Part shown: positions 24,809 to 40,328 of the stretch, in pieces
Layout of the letters: each line of letters opens with the position of its first letter
How positions within the stretch are numbered: position 1 is the first letter of the stretch
From: Octopus sinensis
Taxonomy: Eukaryota
Assembly: GCF_006345805.1 (NCBI RefSeq)
Contig: NC_043024.1
Span: forward strand, 5,146,001 to 5,210,000
Reading direction: 5' to 3'
Length of the DNA stretch: 64,000 bases
The notes under the pieces: model-generated
Seen by the model: only the letters and a program-made list of their open reading frames with translations
Databases searched by the model: none
Told to the model about the DNA's origin: nothing
Translations under genes and position numbers: made by a program

Positions 24809-25900
24809 TATATATATATATGTATTTGTATATATGGCTCCCATGCAGGTAGCATGTAAAAAGTACCATTCGAGCATGATTGATGCTAGTGCTGCCTGAC
24901 TTGCACCCATGCCGGTGGCACATACAAAGCTCCTTTCAAGCATGGTCGATGCCAGTGCTACCTGACTGGCTCTGTGGCACATAAAAGGCAACTGCTACAT
25001 GCTCAAACAGCATCCAGCTGTAGAAATCTTGCCTGATAAGATTGAAACCTTGTTCAGCCTCATGGCTTGCCAATCCTCAGTCAAACCTCACAAACCATGC
25101 CAGCGTGGAATGCAGATGTTAAACGATGATGATGAAGGTAGAGAAAGAGCGATGTCTGTTTTAGCAAACAAAGATACAAGACTGCAATGAAAACATCAGA
25201 AATCTAGAGTAATTTATTTGTATATTGGTGTGTGTGTGTGTGGGGAAGTGTGTCTATGACAGACTTTATATTCCAGGAATTGGTATTATAATAGATGTGT
25301 CTACTCTATGATATAAACATTTTTGTAATGCAGAAATGGGATAAGTTTAATAGTTCAGATAAAGAATTACTTCTACAATTTATGAAAACAGAAATGTCGT
25401 AAATTTGCTCTTTTGAATATCTGCCTTTTAAACATACTTGATGTCTTGTATTATTTTTTCTATTCTTTCAGAAAATCACATGAAATTGGCTAAAAAGTAT
25501 TTTTTACTTTTAAAGAATCATCAATATGTATCATGTTTGAAAGACTCTGCAAAGATATTCTACAAACATATAATCCTGCTTCTATAAAACATTGCTGAAT
25601 TACAGTAAAATATTTCCTCTGAGAGAGAAAGCATTTCTTTACTTCTGTGTCTGAAATGTGCAAGAGATAATTGTCTCTTTTAAATATACTTTGATAGATT
25701 TCCGAACAGTATTTGTGACATTTTTAAATATTGGCATTGATCACATTTAGAAGAAATATAAGAGAAGTGACATTTGTTTGGAATAAACTATAAAAGCAAA
25801 AAGTAGCAAAATATCCATATATTTTGGTGAGAGGAGAAATATTTTTGAAAAGTTGTTGATCTGTACAACTTGAAGGATTGATTATATTTTTCTTGAAGAG

Positions 25901-26842
25901 ATGTCGGAAGAATTAGGAAAATCATCATATGACTGTGACATCTGCAAAGAGTCATTCTTAGAAGAAAGTAAATTCAATCAACACAAACAAATTCATGCAG
26001 GGGAACAACCATATCCTTGTGATATCTGTGGTAAATCATTCTCTCGAAGCGATAGCTTAACTAAGCACAAACGTATTCATACAGGGGAGAAACCATATCA
26101 CTGTGATATCTGTGGTAAGTCATTTTCTCAGGACAGTGGCTTAACTCAACACAAACGTATTCATACAGGAGAGAAACCATATTCCTGTGATATCTGTGGT
26201 ACATCATTCTCTCAAAGCGGTGGCTTAACTACTCACAAATGGGTTCATACAGGAGAGAAACCATATCACTGTGATATCTGTGGTAAATCATTCTCTAATG
26301 GCAGTAACTTAACTCAGCACAAAGGTATTCATACAGGGCAGAAACGGTATCACTGTGATATCTGTGGTAAATCATTCTCTCGTTATCATAGCTTAGCTAT
26401 TCACATACGTACTCATACAGTGGACAAGCCATATCACTGTGATATCTGTGGTAAATCATTCTATCAAAGTGGTAACTTGACTAACCACAAACGTGTTCAT
26501 ACAGGAGAGAAACCATATCATTGTGATATCTGTGGTAAATCATTCTATCAATGTGGTAACTTAACTAACCACAAACGTGTTCATACAGGAGAGAAACCAT
26601 ATCATTGTGATATCTGTGGTAAATCATTATCTAGTGGCAGTAGCTTAACCAATCACATACGTATCCATACAGGAGAGAGTCCATATTCTTGTGATATCTG
26701 TGGTAAGTCATTCTCTCAGGACAGTAGCTTAACTCAACATAAACGTATCCATACAAAAGAGAAACCATATTCCTGTGATATCTGTGGAAGATCATTCTCT
26801 TATAGCGGTAGCTTAACTACTCACAAATGGATTCATACATGA
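25901..26842 (+). CDS. C2H2 zinc-finger protein, 11 fingers, unit 3
   Basis: 313 aa; TGA replaces the linker Gly codon; two intact fingers follow in frame; AATAAA at 27952. Confidence 0.88.
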   Translation: MSEELGKSSYDCDICKESFLEESKFNQHKQIHAGEQPYPCDICGKSFSRSDSLTKHKRIHTGEKPYHCDICGKSFSQDSGLTQHKRIHTGEKPYSCDICGTSFSQSGGLTTHKWVHTGEKPYHCDICGKSFSNGSNLTQHKGIHTGQKRYHCDICGKSFSRYHSLAIHIRTHTVDKPYHCDICGKSFYQSGNLTNHKRVHTGEKPYHCDICGKSFYQCGNLTNHKRVHTGEKPYHCDICGKSLSSGSSLTNHIRIHTGESPYSCDICGKSFSQDSSLTQHKRIHTKEKPYSCDICGRSFSYSGSLTTHKWIHT

Positions 26843-27019
<177 letters not shown>

Positions 27020-28759
27020 TAACCTTGTAATATTTGTGGTAAATCATTCTCTCAGAACAGTGACTTAACTCACCACAACCGTATTCATACAGGGTAGAAA
27101 CCATACCCTGTGATATCTATGGTAAGATGTTCTCTCGAAACAGTCACTTAACTATACACAAATGCATTCACACTCAAGAAAAATCAATTCACAGTGATAT
27201 CTCTGGCAAATCATTTACACAAAATCATTCCTGATTTAAACAGATGTCTTTCCTTATGAAATGGGTCCGTAACACAGTGATATTTGTTGTACAACATTTC
27301 CTCAGAAGGACAAAGGACGTATCTCATAAAGACATCCACAGAATATAGAAACTATATGAATGTGACATCTATGGTAAATCTTTGACATGAAATCATCCAT
27401 TATTGAATCAAAAGAGCATTGACAGAGGAAGGAAAACCTATCACTGTGATGTTAAACCTGAATCATTCTTTCAAAATGGTGAATTGTTTGTACACAGTCC
27501 TGTTAATATGAAAGATATAACTGTAACTTAAGCTATTTGTGCTAAATCAATCTACGAATATTATCAATAATTGAAATGTAAATGCATTCATACAGAAGAG
27601 GAACCACGATGATGATGATCCTCATCAATTAACATTCTCCTATTCATGCTTCAGTGGATCAGATGGAATTCATTGATGCAGATTTTCTACATCTGGGTAC
27701 CTTTCTTGTGACAAATCTTCACCTGTTTCCAAGCAAGGAAATATTTTACGCAGAGGACTGGAAGTGAACAACTGCACAAGTATGACGGTCATGATGGCCC
27801 TTTACGAACATCACATAATATCTGGACATGGGTACACACGCATACAGACACATGTATGTCTGAAGAATTTCTTATAGGAAATATCTTACATGTTTTCTCT
27901 ACGTGTAAAAGTTTTTGATTCCTATTAGGAAATGAAACACATGTAATGCTGAATAAATAATATCAAACTTTTCTCTGGTCTCCTTATGTGATTTGTAATT
28001 ACCTTGCAAAAAATATTATCCAAACCTCCCACAAAAATAATGTACGTGTAATATAATTTTAGAAGATGGGTAATGTTCTGATGGTGGTGGTTGTGATGGT
28101 GAAAAGTAATGTTTTTTTTTTTTACTTGAACTAAGTTTTTTTACAACACCTACAATTTGATATGTGTATTGGCTCTCTGACCCATCACTTTGGTTTACAA
28201 GTTACCACTGATGTGGTTTTCAGAGTAAGCCATGTTACATTAAATTGTGACCCCTATATTTTACATATAAGGTAATTTTTTTAGTATACACTTCTCATGT
28301 TTTAGATAAGAAATTGTGCCCATGTAAATTTTAAAATGTAATTTTTTTCTGTTTATGAGAAAACTGGAAAAATATAAGCGAATATTTATTGTGCATAAAG
28401 TGTATTAAGTAATTACCGTATTCCAATTTCCTACAGTTTTCAGTGAATAGCAGATGAGCGACTATCTTTTGATGCAGACACAATACAGGCTCCACTTTAG
28501 AGTGTTTTGGTTTCAGGAATAACCCAATACATTGCCTGACTAGTGACCGGGACCTTTTGTTTTTGGATAATGGATAAACAGCTAAAAGATTATATAAATA
28601 TATATTTATAAAATTAAAGACTTAAATCTGTACAAGATGCAAAGCAAAAAGAAAAGAATTCAATTAAGAATGCATCGGGTGAAAGAATATTGGTTTAAAA
28701 AACATACGACATAAAAATGATAACAATGAAGACTATAAGGGAGATAGGGTGAATCTTTT

Positions 28760-28960
28760 CTTTTTGATAATGGTCGGGCATTGTCTTGTTGGAAGACTAA
28801 TGCTTTTCTGTTGGTAATCTCCAGCCGCAGTTCTTTGATATATTTTGGTTCAAATTAGCCAGTTGATGACAGAACACATCAGAATTAATGGTCTGGTTTT
28901 ATGGGAGAAGGTCATAATAAACAAAGCCTTTATGATCCCACCAAACACAAAGCATAGGTG
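28760..28960 (-). mobile_element. Mariner remnant (paralogue of 17.6-17.83 kb) cut off by the Gypsy junction
   Basis: Near-identical to 17640-17830 up to AAGCATAGGTG. Confidence 0.7.
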
Positions 28961-31271
28961 GCAGGATGTTCTTTCTCCCTCTGGTGGATCTTGTGCTTCG
29001 CACCGGTGTCTGAGTTGTGTTGTTGGGCTGCTGATGATGGGTGGTTGGTGCCCACTGGGATGATGATTCTGTGGGTGTTGTACACGTTGTCCTCAACAGC
29101 TTTGGTGTTGGGCGGATGTGGGCCCTGTTGCGTCTCAGCTGCCCACCAGATTCCGTTACTATTATATATGATCTTGGGGTTTCAGCTCTACTGACAACCT
29201 GTGCTGGAATCCATGCTTTAGTTATGGGATCTTCAGTATGCACATGTTGTCCTCCAAGTATCTCAGGTAAGTATTGTGAATGTCTGTTGTAATATTTCTG
29301 TGATTGTTCTCGAGTGGCTGCTAACTTTGCCCTTGTCTCTTCCTGGTCAATAGGAGGTTGGATCTTAGTTGGCAGGGTAGTTTTGTACTTCCTGCCATTC
29401 AGCAATTCTGCTGGGGATTTCATGTCAGCTCTCAGTGGTGTCGCTCATAGGGACAGAAGTGCCAGGTGTGGGTCTTCCTTAGTCTCTCGGCATTTCACTA
29501 GTGTTCTCTTCACTGTCTGCACCTGTCTTTCTATAAACCCATGACCTTTGGGGTAGAGTGGAGATGAGGTTGTAATATTGAACCCATACTCATCGGCTAG
29601 CTTTTTGAATTCTTGCGATGTGAACTGGGTTCCATTGTCACATATGATCTGCTCTGGTATTCCTTGCTCTGCTAGAAGTCCTCGAGCCACTAGTGATTGT
29701 TTTGGCTCTCAGGTCTTTCACTTTTCTCACAAATGGAAATTTGGAGTAGTAGCAGGCCATTATCAAATACCATTCTTGGCCCTCTGTGAACAGATCTACT
29801 CCAATAGTTTGTCATGGCCTTCTTGGGATGTCATTAGATATCATTTCCTTCCTTTGTTGTGAATTTCTGTACTTTTGACAGATGTGGCATGTAGAAACTC
29901 TCTTTTCTATGTCTTTGTACATGCCTACCCCATATACTGCTGACTTGGCTTGGAGCTTGCATTTCTCCATTCCTAGATGCCCTTGGTGGATTTTGTCAAG
30001 AATCTCTTTTTGCATTGACTTGGGTATGATTATTCGGGATCCAGCCATCAGGATTCCATTCTCCACTGATATATCATCATGGATGGCCCAATATTCATGA
30101 ATGAGGGGCTGCACCTGATGTCTCTTTTCTGGCCACCCCTGAATCACCATCTGAGTAAGGAGCTGAAGTTCATCTTTGCTGGTCTCCTCTTTGATTTCTG
30201 CTAGCTTTGTAGTCGTTACATTTACAATGTGATGGACCTTTATGCTTAGTCCTTCCATCTCCTGTTTATCATGTGAGGATAGTCTGGAAAGAACATCCGC
30301 CAATATCAGGTCTTTTCCTGGCTTGTACCTGATATCATAGTTATATGTTTGAAGCCTTAACAGTAATCTCTGCAGTTTGGCTGGTGCTTTCGTCAGGTTT
30401 TTTCTATGTATTTGTTCTAGTGGGCGATGGTCTGTTTCACTATTGAAATGTCTGCCATACAGGTATGTATGGAACTTTTCACATCCATATACTACTGCCA
30501 GGAGTTCCCTTTCAATATTTGCGTACCTTGTCTCTGTGGGTGAGAGAGCTTTCGAGGCATATGCAATGGGTTTACCTTCCTGTAACAGTGCTGCACCAAC
30601 TCCTCTCATAGAAGCATCGACTTGGAGTGTTACTGGTTTGCGTCTGTCATAGTATTGCAGAGTTGTCTCCTTACTGATGAGCTTTTTGATTGCTTTGAAA
30701 TCCTGTGTGTGTGAAGCACACCAATCAAACTCTACGTCATCTTTGTTTAGTTCTCGGAGATGTGCAGTGTGATCAGCCAGCTTGGGTATGAAGGCTCCCA
30801 TGTAGTGAATGAGTTCCAGGAAGCTCCTGAGTTCCTTCTTGTCTTTAGGTTCTTTAATGTCTCTGATGGCTTCCACTTTAGCGGGGTCTGGTTTCACTCC
30901 CTCTGCAGAGTATATAATTCCAAAGATTTTGCACTCCTTTGCTTTTATCACACACTTGTCCGCATTGAGTTTGATGCCTGCTTTTTGGGTTTTCTCCATA
31001 GCTTCATGTAAATTGAAGTCATGTGTGGTTTCATCCTTGCCGTGCACTTGGATGTCATCTGCTATTCCAATTGCTCCCTTGCAGCCTTGGTAGGTCTCAT
31101 CTATTTGGCGCTGGAAAACATCTTGGCTCACCTTCAATCGAAATGGGAGTCGGTTGAATCGATATCTACCAAATGGTGTGTTGAAGGTAGTGAGCATGGA
31201 TGACTCTTTGTCTATCTTTACATTCCAGTACCCATTACTGGCATCCAGTTTGCTGAATAATTTGGACCGCC
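28957..31271 (-). mobile_element. Ty3/Gypsy pol fragment (RT C-terminal half, RNase H, integrase)
   Basis: KLDASNGYW, TTFNTPFGRYRF.RLPF, IADDI, DASMRGVGA, YANIERELLA, HQGHLG...CHIC and DNGTQF motifs; frameshifted. Confidence 0.92.
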
Positions 31272-32608
<1,337 letters not shown>

Positions 32609-32700
32609 GTGATGAAGCCAAATATTGAAGAAATCTCTTTCACAAAATCCAAAATCTATAAAGCAGAGCCGCAATTCTTTAAAGACTGGAGTTAGTTCCC

Positions 32701-33762
32701 TAACGTTTGACGTCGGTTGTGTTTTTCTCGGCTCGTAGGATTCGGTGAAAAAAGAACAAAAAGTGTTGTTGTTGTGGAGTTTTGAACTTCGGTTGATGTG
32801 GTTTCGCGTCGCACTGGTTCTGCGCGTTGCACGGTTTCTGTTTGGGCGACCGTTTTCGGTCTGAGGAGATTATGAGCCGCCTCTCCCTAACTGGTGAGAT
32901 GGCCGGGAGGAATTTATTTGAAAGTTTGCCGGAATTGTCAACATCTGAGGAGGAGTTGGAAGAAGCAGTGGCAAAAATGGACAGGAAGCTGGAAAGTACC
33001 TACGCAGGAATAATGAGGAAGTCGATAGAAAAAGAGGTGGACCTGGCTAAACTACCAGGCTTCCAGAATTTTATGAAGGAGGAGGAAAACGGCGAAGTCG
33101 AGCTGTCACCTCCAGCAAAGCAGGGCGAGTGGTTCAATCGTAGAACCATAAAATATAGAGTGTACGTGAATGGAGGAAGAAAGATGGAAATAGTCAATAT
33201 GGAAGTTATTGAAGAGGCATTGAAACAGACTGGAGAGGAAATTGTTTACCTGACTGGAGGAATGGAGTATGGAACGGTAACGGTGCAGTATAGAAGTGAG
33301 AACGTCGCCAAAAAAATAGCAGCCAAGATGGTGAAGACCGAGAAAATATACTTACTGCCAGCATATCTAAATAGAAGGACCACAAGAATTAGGGTGGAGG
33401 GAATGCCTCCACACCCAGAGGGTGAATACATAACGGCAGCGGTGATTAAGGGAAACGAGGAAAAGGTGGACATCCTCCACGCCACGGTGAAATACGAAGG
33501 CGTGAGAGGTGCTACCTTGGACATGAATATACAGATGGTGGCGGAAACAATGGAAAGACTGACAGATACTATAAGAACAGGGAACATTATTATGAGAGTG
33601 TGGGTCGAGGGCAGGGCACCCAGGTGCTATAAGTGTGGCCTGAGGGGTCACATAAGAGCCTACTGCCCTCCCCCACCAAAGGAAAAGGAAATCGTTACGG
33701 AACCCCAAAAGAAGGAAGACACTAAAGAAAAGGAGAACCAAACAGAAAGGGAAGCAACTGAA
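32701..33762 (+). mobile_element. Family B element copy 2, 3'-deleted; ORF1 from 32872
   Basis: Begins right after GAGTTAGTTCCC (32689-32700); close to 143-1203 with scattered substitutions; joins the ZNF exon at TGAA. Confidence 0.88.
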
Positions 33763-34177
33763 ATTGGCTAAAAAGTAATTTTTACTTTTAAAGAAACATC
33801 AATATGTCTCATGTTTGAAAGACTCTGCAAAGATATTCTACAAATGTATAATCCTGCTTCTATAAAACATTCCTGAATTACAGTAAAATATTTCCTCTGA
33901 GAGAGAAAGCATTTCTTTACTTCTGTGTCTGAAATGTGCAAGAGATAATTTTCTCTTTTAAATATACTTTGATGGATTTACAAAAGTATTTGCAACATTT
34001 TTAAATATTGGCAATGATCACATTTTGAAGAAATATAAGAGAAGTGATATTTGTTTGGAATAAACTTTAAAAGCAAAGAGAAGAAAAATATCCATAAATT
34101 TTGGTGAGAGGAGAAATATTATTGAAAAGTTGTTGATCTGTACAACTTGAAGGATTGATTTTATTTTTCTTGAAGAG

Positions 34178-34579
34178 ATGTAGGAAGAATTAGGAAAATC
34201 ATCGTATGACTGTGACATCTGCGAAGAATCATTCTTAGTAGAAAGTAAATTCAATCAACACAAACGTATTCATACAGGGGAGAAACCATATCACTGTAGT
34301 ATCTGTGGTAAATCATTCTCTCGTGCACGTAGCTTAGCTATTCACAAGCGTATTCATACAGGGGACAAACCATATCACTGTGATATCTGCGGTAAATCAT
34401 TCTCTGGTGGCAGTAACGTAACTCGACACAAACGTATTCATACAGGGGAGAAACCATGTCACTGTGATATCTGTGGTAAATCATACTCTGATGGCAGTAC
34501 CTTAACTAAACACAAACATATTCACACAGGTGAGGAATCATATCGCTGTGACATCTGTGGTAAATCATTCTCACAGTGA
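34178..34579 (+). pseudogene. ZNF unit 4 pseudogene (four fingers and one partial)
   Basis: ATG followed at once by TAG (paralogues have TCT/TCG); promoter, exon 1 and acceptor deleted; AATAAA at 35300. Confidence 0.85.
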
Positions 34580-37500
34580 CATTGGTTGTTTAACATTCCA
34601 TCAGAAGGACAAGTTTGTATCTCATAAAACCCTCTACACAAGATAGAAACTATATCAATGTCATTTCAATGGTAAGCCTTTCATTTAAAATGATCCATTA
34701 ATGAATCAAAAGAGCATTGACAGAGGAAGGAAAACATATCACTGTGATAGCAGTGCTTAATCATTCTATCAAAATGGAGAATTATACACTGTCATATTAA
34801 TATGAAAGGTAAAACCATACCCTAAGACATTTGTGCTTAATCAATCTATGAAAATGATCAATTATTAAAACATAACTGCATTCATACAGAAGAGGAACCA
34901 TATCACTACAATGATGATGATAATCATTATTTAAAATTCACTTTTCCATGCTTCAATGGATCAGATGGAATTCGTTGATGGAGATTTTCCTGAGCTGGGT
35001 ACCCTTTCTTGTCACCAATCCTCACCTGATTCCAAGCAAGGAAATATTATCCCTGGTGAGACATATTTTACGCAGAGGACTGGAAATGAACAACTGCACA
35101 AGTATGACTGTCATGATGGCCATTTACGGACATCACATAATATCTGGACAAGGGTACACTCACTTGTGCATACACACACACACTCACACACGTGTATATA
35201 TGTATATATGAAGAATTTCTTATAGGAGATATTTTACATGTTTTCTCTTTGTCTAAAAGTTTGTAATTCCTATTAGGTAATGAAACACATGTAATGCTGA
35301 ATAAATACTATCAAACTGTTTTCCAGTCTCCTTCTGTGATATGTAATTACTCTGCAAAAAATATCCAAACCTCAGACAAAAATAATATTTATGTATATAT
35401 ATAATAACCAGCTTGTGTGTACAGCTGTTATTATTTTCATTAGATTAGTGAAATAAATGAGGGGTGGGGACAGAATTGGAGAAAAGGGAGGGAGAAATAG
35501 AGTAATGTGATCTTATAATAATTCTGCTTCTCATTCTGTTACTTAGCTCGTCAGTAACACTTTCATGTTATTAGAGAAAAGGGGGTAGAGAGAGAAAAGA
35601 TGATAAGACAAAGAGTGAGGCAAATAGAGAAAGAAAGAAAAGGGAGAGACAAAAGACTAAGAAAGAAGCAAGCATGACATGTGATAGGGGAAATGTAATA
35701 GTTATTTTATGGTTAAAAAAGCTAGCTGAAGTTCGTGATATAGAGAAGAGTTAGAAATATAATCTTAGCAGAGGGGTGATGTTCTGATGTTGATATTAAA
35801 GAAAGGCAGAGAGAGAGAGAGATAATGATGATGGTGGTGGTGGTGTGTTGATAGTGAAAAGGAATTTCTTTTTTTTATAGAGACCATCACTCAACACTTG
35901 CACTTCTGTGCAATTTATCGCCTCCTCACTTAAGAGATTGATTTTTGTTTCTAAGGATTAATTTAGCCTAAACTATGGATTCACAAGAGACACAGTTGCA
36001 AGCTGCCTGAGAAAAGATGCACAGATCTAGAGCATGGAACACTAAGAAGATAGAATAAAAAGAGGAAAAAATGGCACCGATGGTATTGTGAGGAATTGGA
36101 TGTAGACAGATGCCAAGTATATTCAAAGAAAGCTAAAACTATGAATGCTATAAAAATGCAAATCATCCTCTCTTTCTTAAATAGGTCCTCTTAATTTTTT
36201 TCATTCTGTAGAATTTACATGGGTCCCAGTAGTAATTAATAATAAACTAAAGTGGCGAACTGGCAGGGTCGTTAGCACATTGGGGAAAATGCTTAGCTGT
36301 GGTTCTTCTGACATGACATTTGCATTTAAATTCTGCCAAGGTGGACTTTGTCTTTCGTCCTTTTGGGGGTTGATGGAAATAATCACCGATTGAGCACTGG
36401 AATCATCATATTCAACTTAGCAGACATGCACACACACCCGTGGAATTGCTGGCCTTGTGCCAAAATTTGAAAACAGTACGAACTTTAATGTCGACTCCTT
36501 GCTCTTGCCTGTGATAATGCCAGAAGCACGTTGGCTTGCTTCAGTAGGTTCTGTTGAACCTTGGTGTGTGGCCAACTGAGGATTTCTATTAAAGCCTTTC
36601 TCCAGGGCAACAAGTGCCAAGTATAATGGTTTATTCACAACTAAATACTTGTATTGCAGTTGTAAGTAGGCAGACCTATGCACACACACACACATATATT
36701 ACATTAAAAATGAATTTCAATTTTGCTTCCAATGTTACATAGCCAAAATGGCACATAATGGGGAAAATACTAAGAATTAAGACTTTCCTGAAATATGGAT
36801 ACAAACGGAATAAAACAAGTTTCGCGTGAATTGGACAACTGGTTCTTGAGATATTAGGAGTTTTGGTGGGTATAAATACCCAAAACAATGCATATTGGGA
36901 AAATACACCAAAAATAACATAACCCTGAAAAGGAAGAATTTCTAGCCTTTTGGTTAGACACATTATGACTAACTTGCCAACAAAAAAAGTTGTTTTTGTA
37001 GGAAATGTTTCTATTTTTGCTTTTTTGTATCTATATTTTAGCTTTCTTTAAACAGACAATTTTATTATTTTCAATTGAATACCATTACGAAAATTTTTTT
37101 GGCATATTTAAAAAATATTTCAAAGTGAAAATGGCTTTAGAAATACTGTAAATATTTCGTAAAAGACCTGTTCATAACCTCACTGTGAAATAAATTCTTT
37201 CCATAGGTTTTTTTCAAGTGCATTCAATGTATCTCATCTCCAAAGATTTGGTTGCTATTTCTAGCATGCCCTGTTACCATACAACAGCTATTTACGATAA
37301 AGGACTCAAAATAGCTGTTATGTGGTAGCAGGGCAGGCAAGAAATAGCGGCAGAATCTTTTTCTAAGGAAAGGAGCCGTTTACGTGTGATTTCAATGTCA
37401 CATACATTGAAAGCATGTAAAATAACCCAGAAGAAAACTATGTTGGTGGGAAACTCCAAGGTCCCCCCATCACCCCTACCCCTTTCTTTTCCAGAAGAAT

Positions 37501-38318
37501 GTGGCGGGTGGTGGGTTTGGACTGAGCATTGTGGAAAAAATTGTTTCACACCAAAATACGGGTCCTTTATGAAAAACAAGGATGGGTCATTCAAAGCTTT
37601 CTATCCCCAGTAAAGAACCAGATCATCCTCACAATTTCGGCTGATTAATCTTGAGATTGCTCCAATCTGGTCAGCCCCAAGGAAAAACTAAGCTAAGAGC
37701 ATTAGATTCCTTGGAAGAAAGCATGGAATGTATATGAAAACAAGGATGGAAAAACAGACGATGTTACACAAATATAAATACAAAATACAATAAAAATATT
37801 AATAATAATAACAGGACATAACAATAGGTGTCTTTCGACTGGGGACGAATTGAATTCAGCTGGTGTGTGTGGAAATGAATCCTTACAGCAGAGATACAGA
37901 GCTTTCACAAACACAGGGAAGAATATCGATGTTGCACTGACCATGGTCAGACGCAAAAAGAGGGCTAGCAGTCTGGCCTATCGGTCACGTGGGAAGAGAA
38001 GAGAGAGAAAAAGAGGAATTAAGGAGGGGAAGAAAAGGGAGAGAGTTGTAGAAGAAGATGAACAGAAGAATTAAGGAGGGGAAAGAGAAGAGAGAGAGTT
38101 GTAGATTTGTTCGACTAAAAGCGGTGCTCCAGCATGGCTGCAGTCGTATGACTGAAATAAAAGTAAAAGTACCCTATGAATTACCGTGTGAAGAATACAG
38201 ATTCACAAATATTTGACAACACGTGTTGCCATGCGCAAAATGATAGCTTCCAAACCCTGTTTTGTGAATGAGTAAACATAATCGAATTTTAAGCCATTGT
38301 AACTTAAAAACAACTTTT

Positions 38319-38726
38319 GGACCTTTTCGGTTTGAACGGCAGGTTTTCTAGCGGTGTCATATGAAATTGTCACCCATAATTATGACCCTAGTATCGATCT
38401 ATTGCATTTCAATCTGTTTTAGGGTTGGGGTTAGGGGAAAGGGTATCTTTTTTCTTCACAAATGTAAATAAACCCAATCTGTTTCTTAAACGAGGAACAT
38501 ATTCATACGGCACAGAATGTTTTCACCTCAATAGACATCATTGATTGGTTGAAATTGCAGAAATTGAAGGAAAAAAACAACAAATATTTTGCAAACTATA
38601 GAATTTTCTTAATAAAGCCAAGAGAAAAAGATGTTTTATAAACACATTCTCCCAGTATACGAAGTTTAAAATTGTTTGGTTATGTGGAAATTATTTAAAA
38701 AACTGCCGTTCAAACCGAAAAGATCC
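38319..38726. mobile_element. GGATC-TIR MITE with 8-bp TSD
   Basis: Flanks CAACTTTT / CAACTTTC. Confidence 0.8.
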
Positions 38727-38807
38727 CAACTTTCTGTGGAAGAAGCAAATTAACTGAAGAAATTCTGCATGGAAAATTATATGAATGCCTCAAATATTAA
38801 AATTATC

Positions 38808-39218
38808 AGATCTTTTTGGTTTGAATGACTGTTTTTTAACATAATTTCTAAGTAACTAAAAAATTTTAAACTTCGTATACTGGTAGAGAGTGTCTATAAA
38901 ACATCTCTTCCTCTTGGTTTTATTGAGAAAATTCTAAAGTTTGTAAGATATTTGTTGTCTTTTTCTTCAATTTCTGCAATTTCAACCAATCACTAACGTC
39001 TATTGAGGTAAAAAGCATTCTGTGCCGTATGAATATATCCTTCGTTTAAGAAACAGATTGGGTTCATTTACATTTGTGTAGAAAAAAAAGATACCCTTCC
39101 CTCCACCCTAACCCTAAAACAGATTGAAATGCAATAGATCGATACTAGGGTTATAATTATAGGTGGCAATTTCATATGACACCGCTAGAAAAAACTGCTG
39201 TTCAAACCGAAAAGATCC
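38808..39218. mobile_element. GGATC-TIR MITE
   Basis: Same family, opposite orientation to its neighbour. Confidence 0.75.
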
Positions 39219-39600
39219 TGGCTTGTTACTATGGAAACAAGCACCTATACATCTGTGGCTTTCAAATGGCTAAAATTACCCAAGATTGCAAACTATAAAA
39301 AGAATTTCATGTCAATGATTGCCTTACAAAACTATACCAATACTCCAAGTATGGAATCAATAGGAACAAAAATGGAAAAAATTGAAAAGTGGCAGCGACC
39401 TCCAAAATAACATTTTTAATCATAAAATAACTATTACATTCCCCCCTACCACGTGCCATGCATGCTTCATCCTCAATCAATTCTCTCTCTTTCGGCTTCA
39501 CTCTTAGCCTTATCCTCTTTCCCTCTTTTTCACTGATCACATGAATGCATTACTGATGGGTTCAGTAAGATATTGACAGGCAGAATTACTAGAAGAAAGA

Positions 39601-39804
39601 TCGGCGAGCTGGGAGAATCGTTAGCACGCCAGGCGAAATGCTTAGTGGTATTTTGTCTGCCGCTACGTTCTGAGTTCAAATTCCGCCGAGGTTGACTTCG
39701 CCTTTCATCCTTTCAGGGTCGATTAAATAAGTACCAGTTACGCACTGGGGTCGATATAATCGACTTAATCCGTTTGTCTGTCCCCTTGTGGATAATAAAG
39801 AAAC
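39601..39804 (+). mobile_element. tRNA-derived SINE with B-type LINE tail and ~19-bp TSD
   Basis: Ends GTCCCCTTGTGGATAATAAAGAAAC; TSD AGAATTACTA(G/T)AAGAAAGA at 39582 and 39806. Confidence 0.8.
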
Positions 39805-39919
39805 AAGAATTACTATAAGAAAGATCCCCTCTCTCTGCGTCTTCCCTCCCTCCCACTCTTACTCCAACTAATGAAAGTATATCAGTTGAACAAAGAAGCT
39901 GGTTATTACATACTCTTTA

Positions 39920-40294
39920 TCTCTTTCACTTGTTTCAGTCATTTGACTGCGGCCATGCTGGAGCACCAACTTTAGTCGAGCAAATCGACCCCAGGACTTA
40001 TTCTTTGTAAGGCTGGTACTTATTCTATCGGTTATGGGGACGTTAACACACCAGCATCGATTGTCAAGTGATGTTGGGGGGACAAACACAGATACACAAA
40101 CATACACACACACACATATATATACATATATACGACAGGCTTCTTTCAGTTTCCGCCTACCAAATCCACTCATAAGTCTTTGGTCAGCACGAGGCTATAG
40201 TAGAAGACACTTGCCCAAGGTGCCATGCAGTGGGACTGAACCCAGAAACCATGTGGTTGGTGAGCAAGCTACATACCACACAGCCACTACCATG

Positions 40295-40295
<1 letters not shown>
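39920..40295 (-). mobile_element. tRNA-headed SINE, second family
   Basis: Reverse complement of the 9668-10045 type. Confidence 0.8.
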
Positions 40296-40328
<33 letters not shown>

